Part shown: positions 1-9,823 of the stretch, piece by piece
How the letters are laid out: each line of letters begins with the position of its first letter
Numbering within the stretch: position 1 is the stretch's first letter
DNA from: an uncultured Poribacteria bacterium
Lineage (GTDB): Bacteria > Poribacteria > WGA-4E > WGA-3G
Direction of reading: 5' to 3'
Length of the DNA: 64,000 nt
NCBI GenBank assembly: GCA_951813565.1
Contig: OX638351.1
Location: 863,389 to 927,388, forward strand
Made by a program: the position numbers and the translations under genes
Notes under the pieces: generated by a model
The model's database searches: none
Seen by the model: the letters and a program-made list of their open reading frames with translations, nothing else
What the model was told of the DNA's origin: nothing

Positions 1-1
1 T

Positions 2-1681
2 TTGCTTGATATAATCAAAACGGATAAGTATGAAACCGCACGTCTTGAGGCAACGAAAGCACTTAGGGAAATAAGTCCTGCTCTGGCTGATAAAGGTCTT
101 GTAGATATTGTTAAAAAAGGACGCGGCAGTTTTGAGGACGGTCATGAAGTTCAATCCGTTCAAAATGAGGTTATCGGCGCACTTGTGAAAGATGGAAATG
201 AAACCACAACCGATTTGCTACTTGACGCGCTCAAGTCTGCTGATGATGAATGGACTCGCTGGGCAATCGTCTATATGCTTGGTGTCATTCATAAGGCTTC
301 AGCGTTAGACACGATGCTTGCCGAGTTGAAAAATCCGAGTTATGTTATTCGTAAAGAGGTTGTTACTCGACTCGGTGGTTTTAAAGACCGAAAGACAGTA
401 GAACCCTTAATCGCAATCCTTGAAAACCGGGAAGAAGCAGTATCTATCCGTGCAGCAGTAGCTGCCTCGTTAAATGCGCTTCGCGACGAACGCGCAGCAC
501 CCGCACTCCGCGAAGCACTCAATGATGAAAACAGTGCTGTGCGGTTACAAGCAGTCGCTGCTTTAGGAAGTATAAAAGATGCAAAAGCTGTCTCTAAACT
601 GAGCGAAATGGTTGAAAATCAGTTAGAAACGGATGTTATCCGTGCTGCGGCTGTCACCGCACTCGGCAACATCGGTGATACGGCTTCAGAAGACCTCTTT
701 ATCCGTGCCCTTGACATCCGAATCGGTAATATCTCTAATAATGCAATCACAGCACTCGGAAAATTAAAAAGCACAAAAGCTGTTCCTCGCCTTATCGCAA
801 TCTTGGAGGATAAACGGATTCCTTTAGATGCCAGTACGGCTGCATTGGCAAATGCCTCTCCGCGCATAAAAGCTGCGGTAGCACTTGGCGCAATTGAGGG
901 AACAGAGGCAACGAAAGCGCTTGCTAATCGCATTGTTGACGAAACAGAATATATTGTTGCACTTGAAGACGCAGCGAACAGACGCAATTTGGCACTTAAC
1001 GATAGGAAAAGGAACTGGAGTTGGGAAGTTATCGTCAGATCTGCCAAAAAACTTAATCTACCTGAGTTCATCTCCGATAAAATGCAGGCACGTACGGATG
1101 ACAAATGGGAAGGAAATCCGATCAGAAATGCTGCGTCCGTTGCATTAGCACGCACACGTTCGCTTAACGTTTCGGAGCTTAGAGAAGCACTCGCCGATTC
1201 AAATGTGGATACCCGAAAAGATACTGCAAAGAAAATTGGAGAAACTGGCACGCTCGCATTATTAGAAGACCTCGTCCTCGTCTCAAACGGAGAAAATGAG
1301 GACAATAAGGATGTTCGGAGATTAGCAACGCAGGCTTTAGGTGAACTTGCGGATGTTTCAACGACTGGCTCTCTCATTGAAGTCATGAATAACGATGAAA
1401 ATCATATTGAAATCCGCAGGGACGCAGCACGTGCACTCGGCAAAATTGGGACCGATAAAGCGGTTGCAGCACTCGTCGCAAAACTCACTGAATTGCACGC
1501 AGAACAAACAGAGCGTGCATTCCGCGCCGATCTGATAAGAGCACTCGGAGATGCAGAAAACTACAGTTCAACACAGATTCTGGAAACAGTTTTAGAAGAC
1601 GCAGATGCGGATATCCATTTCTTAGCGGCATCCGCACTCTTTGAGATTACCGGTAATGGTTATGGTTATGATCGGTTATAA
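2..1681 (+). CDS. HEAT/PBS-lyase repeat protein (5'-partial)
   Basis: Open from the window edge. Repeated HEAT-like units (VRLQAVAALGSI, IRAAAVTALGNIG, IRRDAARALGKIG). Confidence 0.85.
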   Translation: MLDIIKTDKYETARLEATKALREISPALADKGLVDIVKKGRGSFEDGHEVQSVQNEVIGALVKDGNETTTDLLLDALKSADDEWTRWAIVYMLGVIHKASALDTMLAELKNPSYVIRKEVVTRLGGFKDRKTVEPLIAILENREEAVSIRAAVAASLNALRDERAAPALREALNDENSAVRLQAVAALGSIKDAKAVSKLSEMVENQLETDVIRAAAVTALGNIGDTASEDLFIRALDIRIGNISNNAITALGKLKSTKAVPRLIAILEDKRIPLDASTAALANASPRIKAAVALGAIEGTEATKALANRIVDETEYIVALEDAANRRNLALNDRKRNWSWEVIVRSAKKLNLPEFISDKMQARTDDKWEGNPIRNAASVALARTRSLNVSELREALADSNVDTRKDTAKKIGETGTLALLEDLVLVSNGENEDNKDVRRLATQALGELADVSTTGSLIEVMNNDENHIEIRRDAARALGKIGTDKAVAALVAKLTELHAEQTERAFRADLIRALGDAENYSSTQILETVLEDADADIHFLAASALFEITGNGYGYDRL

Positions 1682-1978
1682 TGTAGACTCCTTCTATAGT
1701 AAGACCTTAATACCCAACATTTTCTTCGGATTTGTATTATTGTAGTCTCGCAATTCATTACTAACAAGACTTACGCATTCCCTCTTGATGAAGGAGGGTT
1801 AAAAGTCCTTGCTTTGGTGTTTTTAACCCCCTAAATCCCTTATCAGTGGGACTGTAAAAAAAAAATGCGTAAGTCCTGACTAAATCAACACTAATTATGC
1901 CTGAGGCATTTGGTTACTTTACATCCTCTTAGTATGGACACAATACGCTAAATGCGATCTATTCCCGATAAAATTCAC

Positions 1979-2008
1979 TTGACACATTCACAAATTTTGT
2001 GGTACACT
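1979..2008 (+). promoter_or_regulatory. sigma70-type promoter with a palindrome in the spacer
   Basis: TTGACA (1979-84), 18-nt spacer, then TGn-TACACT (2003-08). CACAAA-T-TTTGTG inverted repeat at 1989-2001. Lies 40 nt upstream of the 2048 ORF. Confidence 0.55.
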
Positions 2009-2047
2009 TACATATCCATATTGAAATGAAAACGGAATAAAAGGTTT

Positions 2048-2629
2048 ATGGCGATATTCTATCGCGGATCAGGTATTGGCACCTATTGGCACATAAATGA
2101 CCCAATAGAAAGCGGTTTTGCCGCAAGGGCACCCGGAATGACATCCACTATAACTCGGTTGATGCTTCATATTGCTCGAAGCACTGTTAACAGCCCTTTC
2201 ATTTCTATCACCCGATCTTATGCAGTCGCGTGGCGATACGCGATGTTGAGTAGCGTGAGAGTTCCTACTGTGAACGGCCCGGCATACGTGCATGAAATCG
2301 AAATTCAAGAACCTTTACCTAAAGGTTTAGAACTCTTAGATCCAGTCAAAGCAGTCGCAAAAACCTTACCTTCTCCTACAAGCATAGGACCACCCTACCA
2401 ACACGATGGATTTCCCGATTTCTTGTTGGGAATTGTTGATCCAAGTAATATGGGACATTTTCTGGAACAACACTCAATGCAGCCGCCCTCAAGTGAAGGC
2501 ACTCCACGGACACCAAACCTAACAATTGAATTAGAAACACTTGTAAGGGCATTACGGGATGCTGAAATTCTTGCCCACGGCAACATCCCTCCAACCGCTG
2601 TAAAAAATCGTTTTGAGGTTTACTATTAG
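2048..2629 (+). CDS. ADP-ribosyltransferase of the R-S-E clade (pertussis/cholera toxin A-like fold), no signal peptide
   Basis: FYRG (R6), GFAAR, LMLH (H41), SPFISITRS (S-x-T/S), AYVHEI and RDAEILAHGNIPP (E173) occur in canonical order. The last motif parallels pertussis S1 QSEYLAHRRIPP. Confidence 0.75.
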   Translation: MAIFYRGSGIGTYWHINDPIESGFAARAPGMTSTITRLMLHIARSTVNSPFISITRSYAVAWRYAMLSSVRVPTVNGPAYVHEIEIQEPLPKGLELLDPVKAVAKTLPSPTSIGPPYQHDGFPDFLLGIVDPSNMGHFLEQHSMQPPSSEGTPRTPNLTIELETLVRALRDAEILAHGNIPPTAVKNRFEVYY

Positions 2630-2665
2630 ATTCGACTATCTTTGATAATTAATAAGGGTAAACTC

Positions 2666-2998
2666 ATGAACAGCTACAAAGTTAAGTCTCCGTTCAATCT
2701 AACAATTAAGACACTTGACCTGAAAGGACGCGTGCAAGGGACTGATACTATCGAATTCTTGCGCGTTGAACTCCAGTATGAAGATGGTAATGGACCGCTT
2801 TTCCTCGCGCGGGTTCGGTACGCCTGCAACGGTGTTGAACAAGAAGACGGTTTCCCTATTGATTTAGATAAAGGGGCATTCATTTCTACAGTCTCTATCC
2901 AAAATGAAGGATTAGAAGAAAAACTCCAGGAAATTGGTCCCGAAATTGCCAAGATTGTGCGTAAAGATTTAGCAAAACACTGTCGAGCACATGCCTAA
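2666..2998 (+). CDS. Hypothetical 110-aa protein, candidate antitoxin/immunity partner
   Basis: ATG at 2666 after AAGGG, 36 nt downstream of the ART stop, same strand. No recognisable family. Confidence 0.55.
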   Translation: MNSYKVKSPFNLTIKTLDLKGRVQGTDTIEFLRVELQYEDGNGPLFLARVRYACNGVEQEDGFPIDLDKGAFISTVSIQNEGLEEKLQEIGPEIAKIVRKDLAKHCRAHA

Positions 2999-3116
2999 AA
3001 ACAGCAAACCAGAATGAGTTGTTTATCTCATTTTCTTTTGGATTATCCCTCATATTTACCAACAAGACAATGCCTTCTCAATTAATAACCTAAATTTTCA
3101 ACAAGGAGAGATTTAT

Positions 3117-3440
3117 ATGGCATTTTTTGAATTACGTCAATATCGAACCCAACCCGGACAACGCGACAACTGGGTCAAATACATGGAGGAAACGATTATC
3201 CCGTTCCAGATTTCCAAGGGAATGGTCGTTATCGGTAGTTTTATCGGTGAAGAAGAGGATGACCTCTATGTCTGGATCCGACGGTTTGAAAACGAGGAAC
3301 AGCGTGAAAAACTCTACGCAGCGGTTTATGAAGACGATAGATGGGTAAACGAAATCTCGGCACGCGTCGGTGAACTCATTGATAGATCAAAAATCGTTGT
3401 TACACGGATGGAACCGACCTCACGCTCACCGCATCAATAA
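3117..3440 (+). CDS. NIPSNAP family protein
   Basis: FFELRQYRTQPG...YVWIRRFENEE pattern, 107 aa, AGGAG RBS. Confidence 0.8.
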   Translation: MAFFELRQYRTQPGQRDNWVKYMEETIIPFQISKGMVVIGSFIGEEEDDLYVWIRRFENEEQREKLYAAVYEDDRWVNEISARVGELIDRSKIVVTRMEPTSRSPHQ

Positions 3441-3459
3441 CAGCAACGGAGATGTCAGA

Positions 3460-4209
3460 ATGAACGCTGAAGAAAAATATCTGTTTGACCTGTGGGGATA
3501 TGTGAATATAGAAGGTGTTTTAGAAGCGGAAGAACTTGCAGAATTGAACGCTCTGATTGACGCGCAAGACTACCCTGATCCTGCGGATGAGAACATCCAT
3601 TCACAACGATTCGGTGGTTTCTTGAGTTGGGAAAATGAGGCTTTTCGGAAACTTCTCAACCATCCACGCATCATGCCATGCTTAGCAGAGGTTGTCGGCC
3701 CAAAATTTCGGCTTGATCATGTTTACGGTATCTTGATGAAAGAAGGCAACCCTGGTGGAACACTCCACGGTGGTGGCACGCCTTACGATCCATCACAATA
3801 TTACGTCTTCCGAAATGATCGGATGTATAACGGTTTGACTGTTGTTTCGTGGGCTTTGACAGATATGCTGCCAGGGCATGGTGGTTTTTGCTGTATTCCT
3901 GGTAGCCACAAAAGCAACTATCCGTGTCCACCGCAGTTCCGACCCGTGAAAGACAACAAAACTTGTATGGCGCCTGTGCATCAGAAGGCAGGCGATGCTG
4001 TCATCTTCACGGAAGCGTTAACTCACGGTACCCTTCCGTGGACTGCTACGCACCAACGCCGCTCAATTCTGTTCAAGTATTCCCCAGGACATGCTTCATG
4101 GGGACAAGGTAGATATGACGATGCACTCCGCGAGCTGATGACAGATGAAGACCAGAAGTTGATGCTTGAACCGCCTTATGTTGCACACCGTAAACCTGTA
4201 GTAAATTAG
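3460..4209 (+). CDS. PhyH-family Fe(II)/2OG oxygenase with H-x-G motif
   Basis: EKYLFDLWGY start, LHGG, GGFCCIPGSHK, GDAVIFTEALTHG, RRSILFKY. Start moved to ATG 3460. Confidence 0.85.
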   Translation: MNAEEKYLFDLWGYVNIEGVLEAEELAELNALIDAQDYPDPADENIHSQRFGGFLSWENEAFRKLLNHPRIMPCLAEVVGPKFRLDHVYGILMKEGNPGGTLHGGGTPYDPSQYYVFRNDRMYNGLTVVSWALTDMLPGHGGFCCIPGSHKSNYPCPPQFRPVKDNKTCMAPVHQKAGDAVIFTEALTHGTLPWTATHQRRSILFKYSPGHASWGQGRYDDALRELMTDEDQKLMLEPPYVAHRKPVVN

Positions 4210-4282
4210 TGATCTCAAAACCCAATCCAATTTGCTTTTTGGTGATAACGCGAAATCTTCATGCTGCTGATCACGATTGAAA

Positions 4283-4495
4283 ATGAAAAAGATTAAACCT
4301 TATCTATTATTTTGGATATTTGCAAGCATAATCATAGGAATAACCTTAAGTTCTTTCTACGGCTATGAAGATTTGTTTGTCGCGCTTATAGTGAGCATAA
4401 TTCTTATTGTTAATCTAATAATTTTGCCCAAAATATGGCGGTTTGTGTTGGCAAGAGTTAGCGAGGTAGCAAAGGCTGTACGAGGGTCGGACTAA
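4283..4495 (+). CDS. Small hypothetical membrane protein
   Basis: Two hydrophobic stretches in about 70 aa. Confidence 0.4.
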   Translation: MKKIKPYLLFWIFASIIIGITLSSFYGYEDLFVALIVSIILIVNLIILPKIWRFVLARVSEVAKAVRGSD

Positions 4496-4561
4496 TGTAA
4501 TTGCGAAAATATCCTTTTTGTCATTCTATAACTTGAGCGGTTGATTCTCTTCTGTTTTATG

Positions 4562-5707
4562 TTACCAATCCGCAACACTACCGTCGGTATCATAATAATA
4601 CTCGCCGCCAAGTTCTTCAGGATAGGTATCAAGCATCTGTTCCGCTTCCTGCTCATTGATTTCGAATCCGAGCCCTGGTTTTGTTGGCAACTCAATGTGG
4701 CCATCTGTAACTTGCCAATCTTCGGTGAATAAACCTGCACCCAAACCGTCATCAATTTGCTCTTGGATAAGGAAATTTGGAACGACAGCATCAACATGAA
4801 GGGAGGCAGAAAAAGCAACCGGTCCAATCGCACAATGCGGTGCAATATGCATATAGTAAACCTCCGCCATATTGGCGATTTTCTTCAGTTCGGTGATACC
4901 ACCAGCGTGGGAGGTATCGGGTTGTAAGTAAGCAACCGCTTGTTTCTCAAAAACTTCGCGAAATCCCCACCGTGTCAGCAAACGTTCACCGGTGGCAATC
5001 GGAAACGGAACATGGTCAGATACTAATTTCAGAGCATCTACATTCTCTTGTGGAACAGGTTCCTCAACGAACATTGGACGCATGCCTTTAAGTTCGTGGC
5101 AAATCTCAATAGCAAGGGCAGGTGTCATCTTACCATGAAAATCAAAGGCAAGTTCAACATCGGGACCGACCCATTCGCGCATCAGATAGGCACGTTCAAC
5201 AAAAGCATCAATCACTGCAGGAGGTTCATGTCCGCGCCATTTACCACCAGGCCCGCTTTTAAACGCTGTGTAGCCTCCTTTTTCTTGTAAAAATTCAAGC
5301 CGTTCTTTTGCAGAGGCTTTTCCATCGTCAGTTAAACTGCCGATGCCCCAGTGTGCATAAACGCGGATACGGTCACGCACAGCGCCACCTAAGAGTTGAT
5401 ACGTTGGCACATTGTAAAATTTGCCCGCAATGTCCCACAACGCCTGATCGATTCCGGACAGGGCAGACATCAAGATATTACCGCCTCGAAAAAAAGCAGA
5501 TCGGTAGATATGCTGCCAATGGTGTTCAATACGTAAAGGGTCTTTACCAATAAAATAGTCGGCAAGTTCTTCAACTGCCGCCCATGTGCTTTTCGGTTTA
5601 CCTTCAAGTGTCGTTTCACCCCATCCAACGATGCCGGTGTCTGTTGTAATTTTTACAAGCCGCATCCGACGACGTGGATAGAATTGTTCAATAGTCGCAA
5701 TCTTCAT
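4562..5707 (-). CDS. dgoD: Galactonate dehydratase-like enzyme (mandelate racemase/enolase superfamily)
   Basis: GWGETTLEGK, SGIDQALWDIAGK, FDFHG, EEP, ATGER, APH motifs. Confidence 0.8.
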   Translation of the reverse strand: MKIATIEQFYPRRRMRLVKITTDTGIVGWGETTLEGKPKSTWAAVEELADYFIGKDPLRIEHHWQHIYRSAFFRGGNILMSALSGIDQALWDIAGKFYNVPTYQLLGGAVRDRIRVYAHWGIGSLTDDGKASAKERLEFLQEKGGYTAFKSGPGGKWRGHEPPAVIDAFVERAYLMREWVGPDVELAFDFHGKMTPALAIEICHELKGMRPMFVEEPVPQENVDALKLVSDHVPFPIATGERLLTRWGFREVFEKQAVAYLQPDTSHAGGITELKKIANMAEVYYMHIAPHCAIGPVAFSASLHVDAVVPNFLIQEQIDDGLGAGLFTEDWQVTDGHIELPTKPGLGFEINEQEAEQMLDTYPEELGGEYYYDTDGSVADW

Positions 5708-5864
5708 TAGAATTTCCTTTACGAGTTATGATCGGTTATAGTGTAGCATAGAAATAAACATAATTTTAAAGTTATAGCGTTTGTAGTCGCGCAATTCATT
5801 GCGCCTCTTACATTTACATAGTTAAAAAATGGTATATCGCTAATTGTAAAATCAATTGTAGTAT

Positions 5865-6945
5865 GTCATAGGTACCCACTACCTAAAGGTAGGGGCTTGT
5901 GCTTCCTTGCGACTGCGGTTTTCTCAGAGAGTTGACCGTCTTAGTGTCGCTCCACTTTAGGCAGCCAAGCCTGCCCGTTTGATATTGATAGCAGCGTTGG
6001 TGTCTCGGTCGTGGTGTGAACCACATTCGGAACATGTCCACTGCCTATCAGAAAGAGAGAGTTCTTTGTTATGGTATCCACAATCACTACAAGGTTTTGT
6101 TGTTGCTATCCATTGAGAGATTCGCACAAGTTTTTTGCCGTGCTTCGCACACTTCTGTTCCAATATCTGAAGAAACTGGTAGAAAGAATGGTCAGAAACT
6201 TTACGCCCCCATAATCGTTTCATACCGTCAAGGTTCAGCGTTTCCAAAATGAGTGTGTCAAACTCTACACAAAGTTTTGAGGCAAGTTTCCATTGCCAAT
6301 CTTCTCTTTGTCGGGCAACTTTTCTGTGTTGTCTTGCCAAAGCACGACACGCACGATACCAATTGCTTGAACCTTTAACCTTACGACTCAGTGTTTTGTT
6401 TAGAGATTGCAGCGTCTTGAGTGAATGTCATAGAATTGTATTTGTGGCGGGGTTTGATTTTCGGTCTACCCACTTTACGCGTTGTTTTGCCCGCTTTTCG
6501 GTCTTCGATATTCTCAAAGAAAGCGTCTTGAGATTTACCATAACGTAGGACAACGTCTTGCACAACTTGACTCGGCAAGTCCGCCCAGTGTGGTTTAGTT
6601 GTTTTTTTGAGTTTCGTAACATGTGCCTTCAGACGATACGCAGACAAATTTTTGCCGAACATGCGATAATACCTACGTGCCAAACGCATGATATGCACAT
6701 GGATTTGCCACATATCATCAAGCATATTACCAAGTTTGATTGTGTTAGATTGGTGTTGAAGTTTGAACTTGTGAGATTTTCTCATTGTCCACTTTGACCT
6801 TCAATATAGTCTTTTATCACTTCAAGAGTTACACTATAGTATGATATATTATACCACATTGTGATTAGATTGAAAAGTATATTTTAAATCAAAACTTTCG
6901 CCGTCTACATCCCCTACCTAAAGGCAGAGGGTTTGACGGGGAGTG
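5865..6945 (-). mobile_element. IS200/IS605 (tnpB-only) element, copy A, internally deleted
   Basis: Ends match the 24749-26112 element: left end follows TTAG, right end ends in TATGAC. About 284 bp shorter. Confidence 0.9.
5957..6785 (-). pseudogene. tnpB: tnpB pseudogene (frameshifting deletion removes RuvC-I)
   Basis: N-terminal ORF 6381-6785 and C-terminal ORF 5957-6340 are near-identical to 24908-26020. The GFDYG segment is missing. Confidence 0.9.
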
Positions 6946-6998
6946 CTAAAAAATGCTCTCTTTTATCTACAAACCGACAACCAATTACAGGAGGAATT

Positions 6999-8336
6999 AT
7001 GCCTTCACAACCCAATATTCTTTTCATGATTGCCGATGACCATCGGTGGGATGCCATTGATGGTATGGGTGATCCAACGGTAAAAACACCAACGATGGAT
7101 TCACTTATGGCACGTGGGACAACGTTCCACCAAACCCACATCATGGGGTCGCTTTCGGGAGCAGTTTGTGTTCCGAGTCGTGCCGCTGTTCTCACAAGTG
7201 CAGGTCTATTCCGAAGCGGTGCAAACCAGATTAACCGAGATTATGCTGTATGGCCCCAGGTGATGCGTCAAGCAGGTTATCACACATTTTTTAGTGGTAA
7301 GTGGCACAATGACAGACAAACGTTTGCAGATAGTTTTGATGACGGCGCTACAATTTTCTTCGGTGGCATGGGCAATCAATATAAAGTGCCAATTTTCGAT
7401 TTTGATCCGACAGGAAAATATCCGAAAGACGCAAGGTATATTGGTGATAAGTTTTCTACCACTTTGTTTACAGATTCTGCCGTTCAATTTATAGAAAACT
7501 ACGACCAAACGGATCCATTTTTCCTTTATCTCTCCTTTACTTCACCGCATGATCCTCGTACACCGCCGGGTGAATACGCGACGATGTATAAACCTGAAGA
7601 GGTCCCTGTGCCAGATAACTTCCTTCCGGAACACCCATTTGACAACGGGGAAATGCGGATTCGTGACGAAGTTCTGGCAGAATTTCCACGCACCCCTGAA
7701 ATCGTCCAACAACACATCGCTGATTACTACGGTATGATTACCAGTCAAGATGCCGAAATGGGACGGCTGCTGCAGACGTTAGAGACAAAAGGTTATCTGG
7801 ATAATACTATTGTTATTTATACTGCCGACCACGGGCTTGCTGTTGGACAACACGGGCTGCTCGGAAAACAGAACCTCTATAGCCATAGTATCCGTGTCCC
7901 ATCTATATTCGCCGGGCCAGGAGTCCCTGAAGGCGTAACAGTGGATGCTTTGACCTATCTTTACGATGTATTTCCTACTGTTTGTGACCTAACTGAAGTT
8001 GACTGTCCTGATACAGTAGAAGGTAGTAGCTTAGTACCGTTGATGGAAGGCTGTGTGGATAAAATTCGCGATACGGTTTTCGCCGCGTATAAAGACATCC
8101 ATCGCACTGTCAGTGATGGGCGATGGAAACTGATCCGTTACTATGTTTCTAAAGAAACTGGTAACGGCACGGATTTTCTCCAACTGTTTGACCTTGAGAA
8201 CGATCCATCGGAAACAAATAATCTTGCCGATGTTCCCGAACATGCTGAACGTATCAATTCATTGGCGACTGAGCTGAAAAGATGGCAAAACGAGACCGAT
8301 GATTTTATGAAAGATATACCGGTATTGTTCCAGTAG
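6999..8336 (+). CDS. Sulfatase (choline-sulfatase-like)
   Basis: NILFMIADD, CVPSR (CxPxR), SGKWH, ADHG. ATG 6999 follows GGAGG. Confidence 0.9.
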   Translation: MPSQPNILFMIADDHRWDAIDGMGDPTVKTPTMDSLMARGTTFHQTHIMGSLSGAVCVPSRAAVLTSAGLFRSGANQINRDYAVWPQVMRQAGYHTFFSGKWHNDRQTFADSFDDGATIFFGGMGNQYKVPIFDFDPTGKYPKDARYIGDKFSTTLFTDSAVQFIENYDQTDPFFLYLSFTSPHDPRTPPGEYATMYKPEEVPVPDNFLPEHPFDNGEMRIRDEVLAEFPRTPEIVQQHIADYYGMITSQDAEMGRLLQTLETKGYLDNTIVIYTADHGLAVGQHGLLGKQNLYSHSIRVPSIFAGPGVPEGVTVDALTYLYDVFPTVCDLTEVDCPDTVEGSSLVPLMEGCVDKIRDTVFAAYKDIHRTVSDGRWKLIRYYVSKETGNGTDFLQLFDLENDPSETNNLADVPEHAERINSLATELKRWQNETDDFMKDIPVLFQ

Positions 8337-8535
8337 TAGGCACATTCCGTTTCTTGTGGGAGGGTTTTGTAAACCCGATTTTTTATATCGGCGTTGAAAA
8401 CGCCTCCTACAAGAGGTGGACTATAATCAAGAAAGTCAACAATCTTGAAAATCCTATAATCCTGTGAATCTTGGTTAAGACAATCCACGATTCAAATAAC
8501 ACACTGCCGACTACCACAAAAGCAAATCTCTTTTA

Positions 8536-9684
8536 CTATTCAATGTTGAACGCTTTCCCAATCGCAACTAATCGCGCAGCCTGTTCAGCGGTATCGGCTA
8601 TCAGTTGCATCGCATCTTCAACAGCATCCTCAAGCGACATTGGTGCTTGAACGATTCCCAACATCGCATCAATGCCAGCGGCATAAACGGCATCAGCACC
8701 TTCACCAATACCACCCGCAATCGCAATCACAGGAATATTGTCTGCTTTTGCTACCTTCGCAACGCCAACAGGAGTCTTCCCGAACGCAGTCTGAAAATCC
8801 AATTGACCCTCACCTGTGAAAACAAGAGATGCCCCCTTCATCCTATCCTTCAGTTTAACAGTGTCAATCATAATCTCAACACCGAGTTTCAATTCCGCGT
8901 TGAGAAACGCCATCAATCCAGCACCTAACCCACCTGCAGCACCCGCACCGGGAATGTCGTTGAAAGATTGTCCGAGTGTCCGCGTCAAAATCTTGTCAAA
9001 GTGTGCAAGATGAGTATCAAGCATCTTGACGATTTCAGGCGTTGCACCCTTCTGGGGACCATAAACATGGGATGCTCCGTCTGGACCTGTCAACGGATTA
9101 TTAACATCACAAGCAACAACTGTTTCTGTTTCTGCAATTGCGGGATGTAAACCCGTTATATCTATCAATGCTAATTCACCCAGTCCACCACCGCCTCGCG
9201 GAATCGAATTCCCATCCGCATTCAGAAATCTTACGCCGAGTGCTTCTGCCATTCCGGTTCCGCCATCGTTTGTTGCACTCCCGCCAATACCGATGATTAA
9301 GCGTCTACAACCTGCTTCCAAAGCTGCACGGATAAGTTGTCCTGTGCCGTAAGTAGTGGTCTGCAGTGGATTCCGTTTATCAGGTGGAACAAGTGTCAGG
9401 CCGGAAGCAGATGCCATCTCAATGACCGCTATTTCTCCATCCGCAAGGATACCAAATTCTGCGTCAACCTCGTTTCCGAGTGGCCCTCGCACACGTTGCG
9501 TTTGAATATGTCCACCAATGGCATCAACAAGAGATTGCACAGTGCCTTCACCACCATCCGCCATTGGAATTTTTTCAATAATCGCATCTGGAAACACACG
9601 GCGAAGACCTTGCTCAATAGCGTTCCCTGCTTCCAGTGCTGTAACGCTTCCTTTGAATGAATCCGGCGCAACTACAATTTTCAT
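8536..9684 (-). CDS. glxK: Glycerate kinase
   Basis: MKIVVAPDSFKGS, PMADGGEGT, GIGGSATNDGG, GAGAAGG, TGEG. Start moved to 9684. Confidence 0.92.
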   Translation of the reverse strand: MKIVVAPDSFKGSVTALEAGNAIEQGLRRVFPDAIIEKIPMADGGEGTVQSLVDAIGGHIQTQRVRGPLGNEVDAEFGILADGEIAVIEMASASGLTLVPPDKRNPLQTTTYGTGQLIRAALEAGCRRLIIGIGGSATNDGGTGMAEALGVRFLNADGNSIPRGGGGLGELALIDITGLHPAIAETETVVACDVNNPLTGPDGASHVYGPQKGATPEIVKMLDTHLAHFDKILTRTLGQSFNDIPGAGAAGGLGAGLMAFLNAELKLGVEIMIDTVKLKDRMKGASLVFTGEGQLDFQTAFGKTPVGVAKVAKADNIPVIAIAGGIGEGADAVYAAGIDAMLGIVQAPMSLEDAVEDAMQLIADTAEQAARLVAIGKAFNIE

Positions 9685-9823
9685 AACAACAAGTCTATCA
9701 TACGCTGTGCATTCTGTCAAGGTGTGAGTCGGAAGCGTTCAACGAATATGTAGCCAAGAAAACGATGATGTGTTATACTTTGCTAAACTGTATTTTGTTT
9801 CATATTATAAATATAGGTGACAC

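Noticed and set aside
6941-6949. GAGTGCTAA as a CIRCE half-site (also at 55417)
   Set aside because: It is simply the IS left tip plus the TTAG target.
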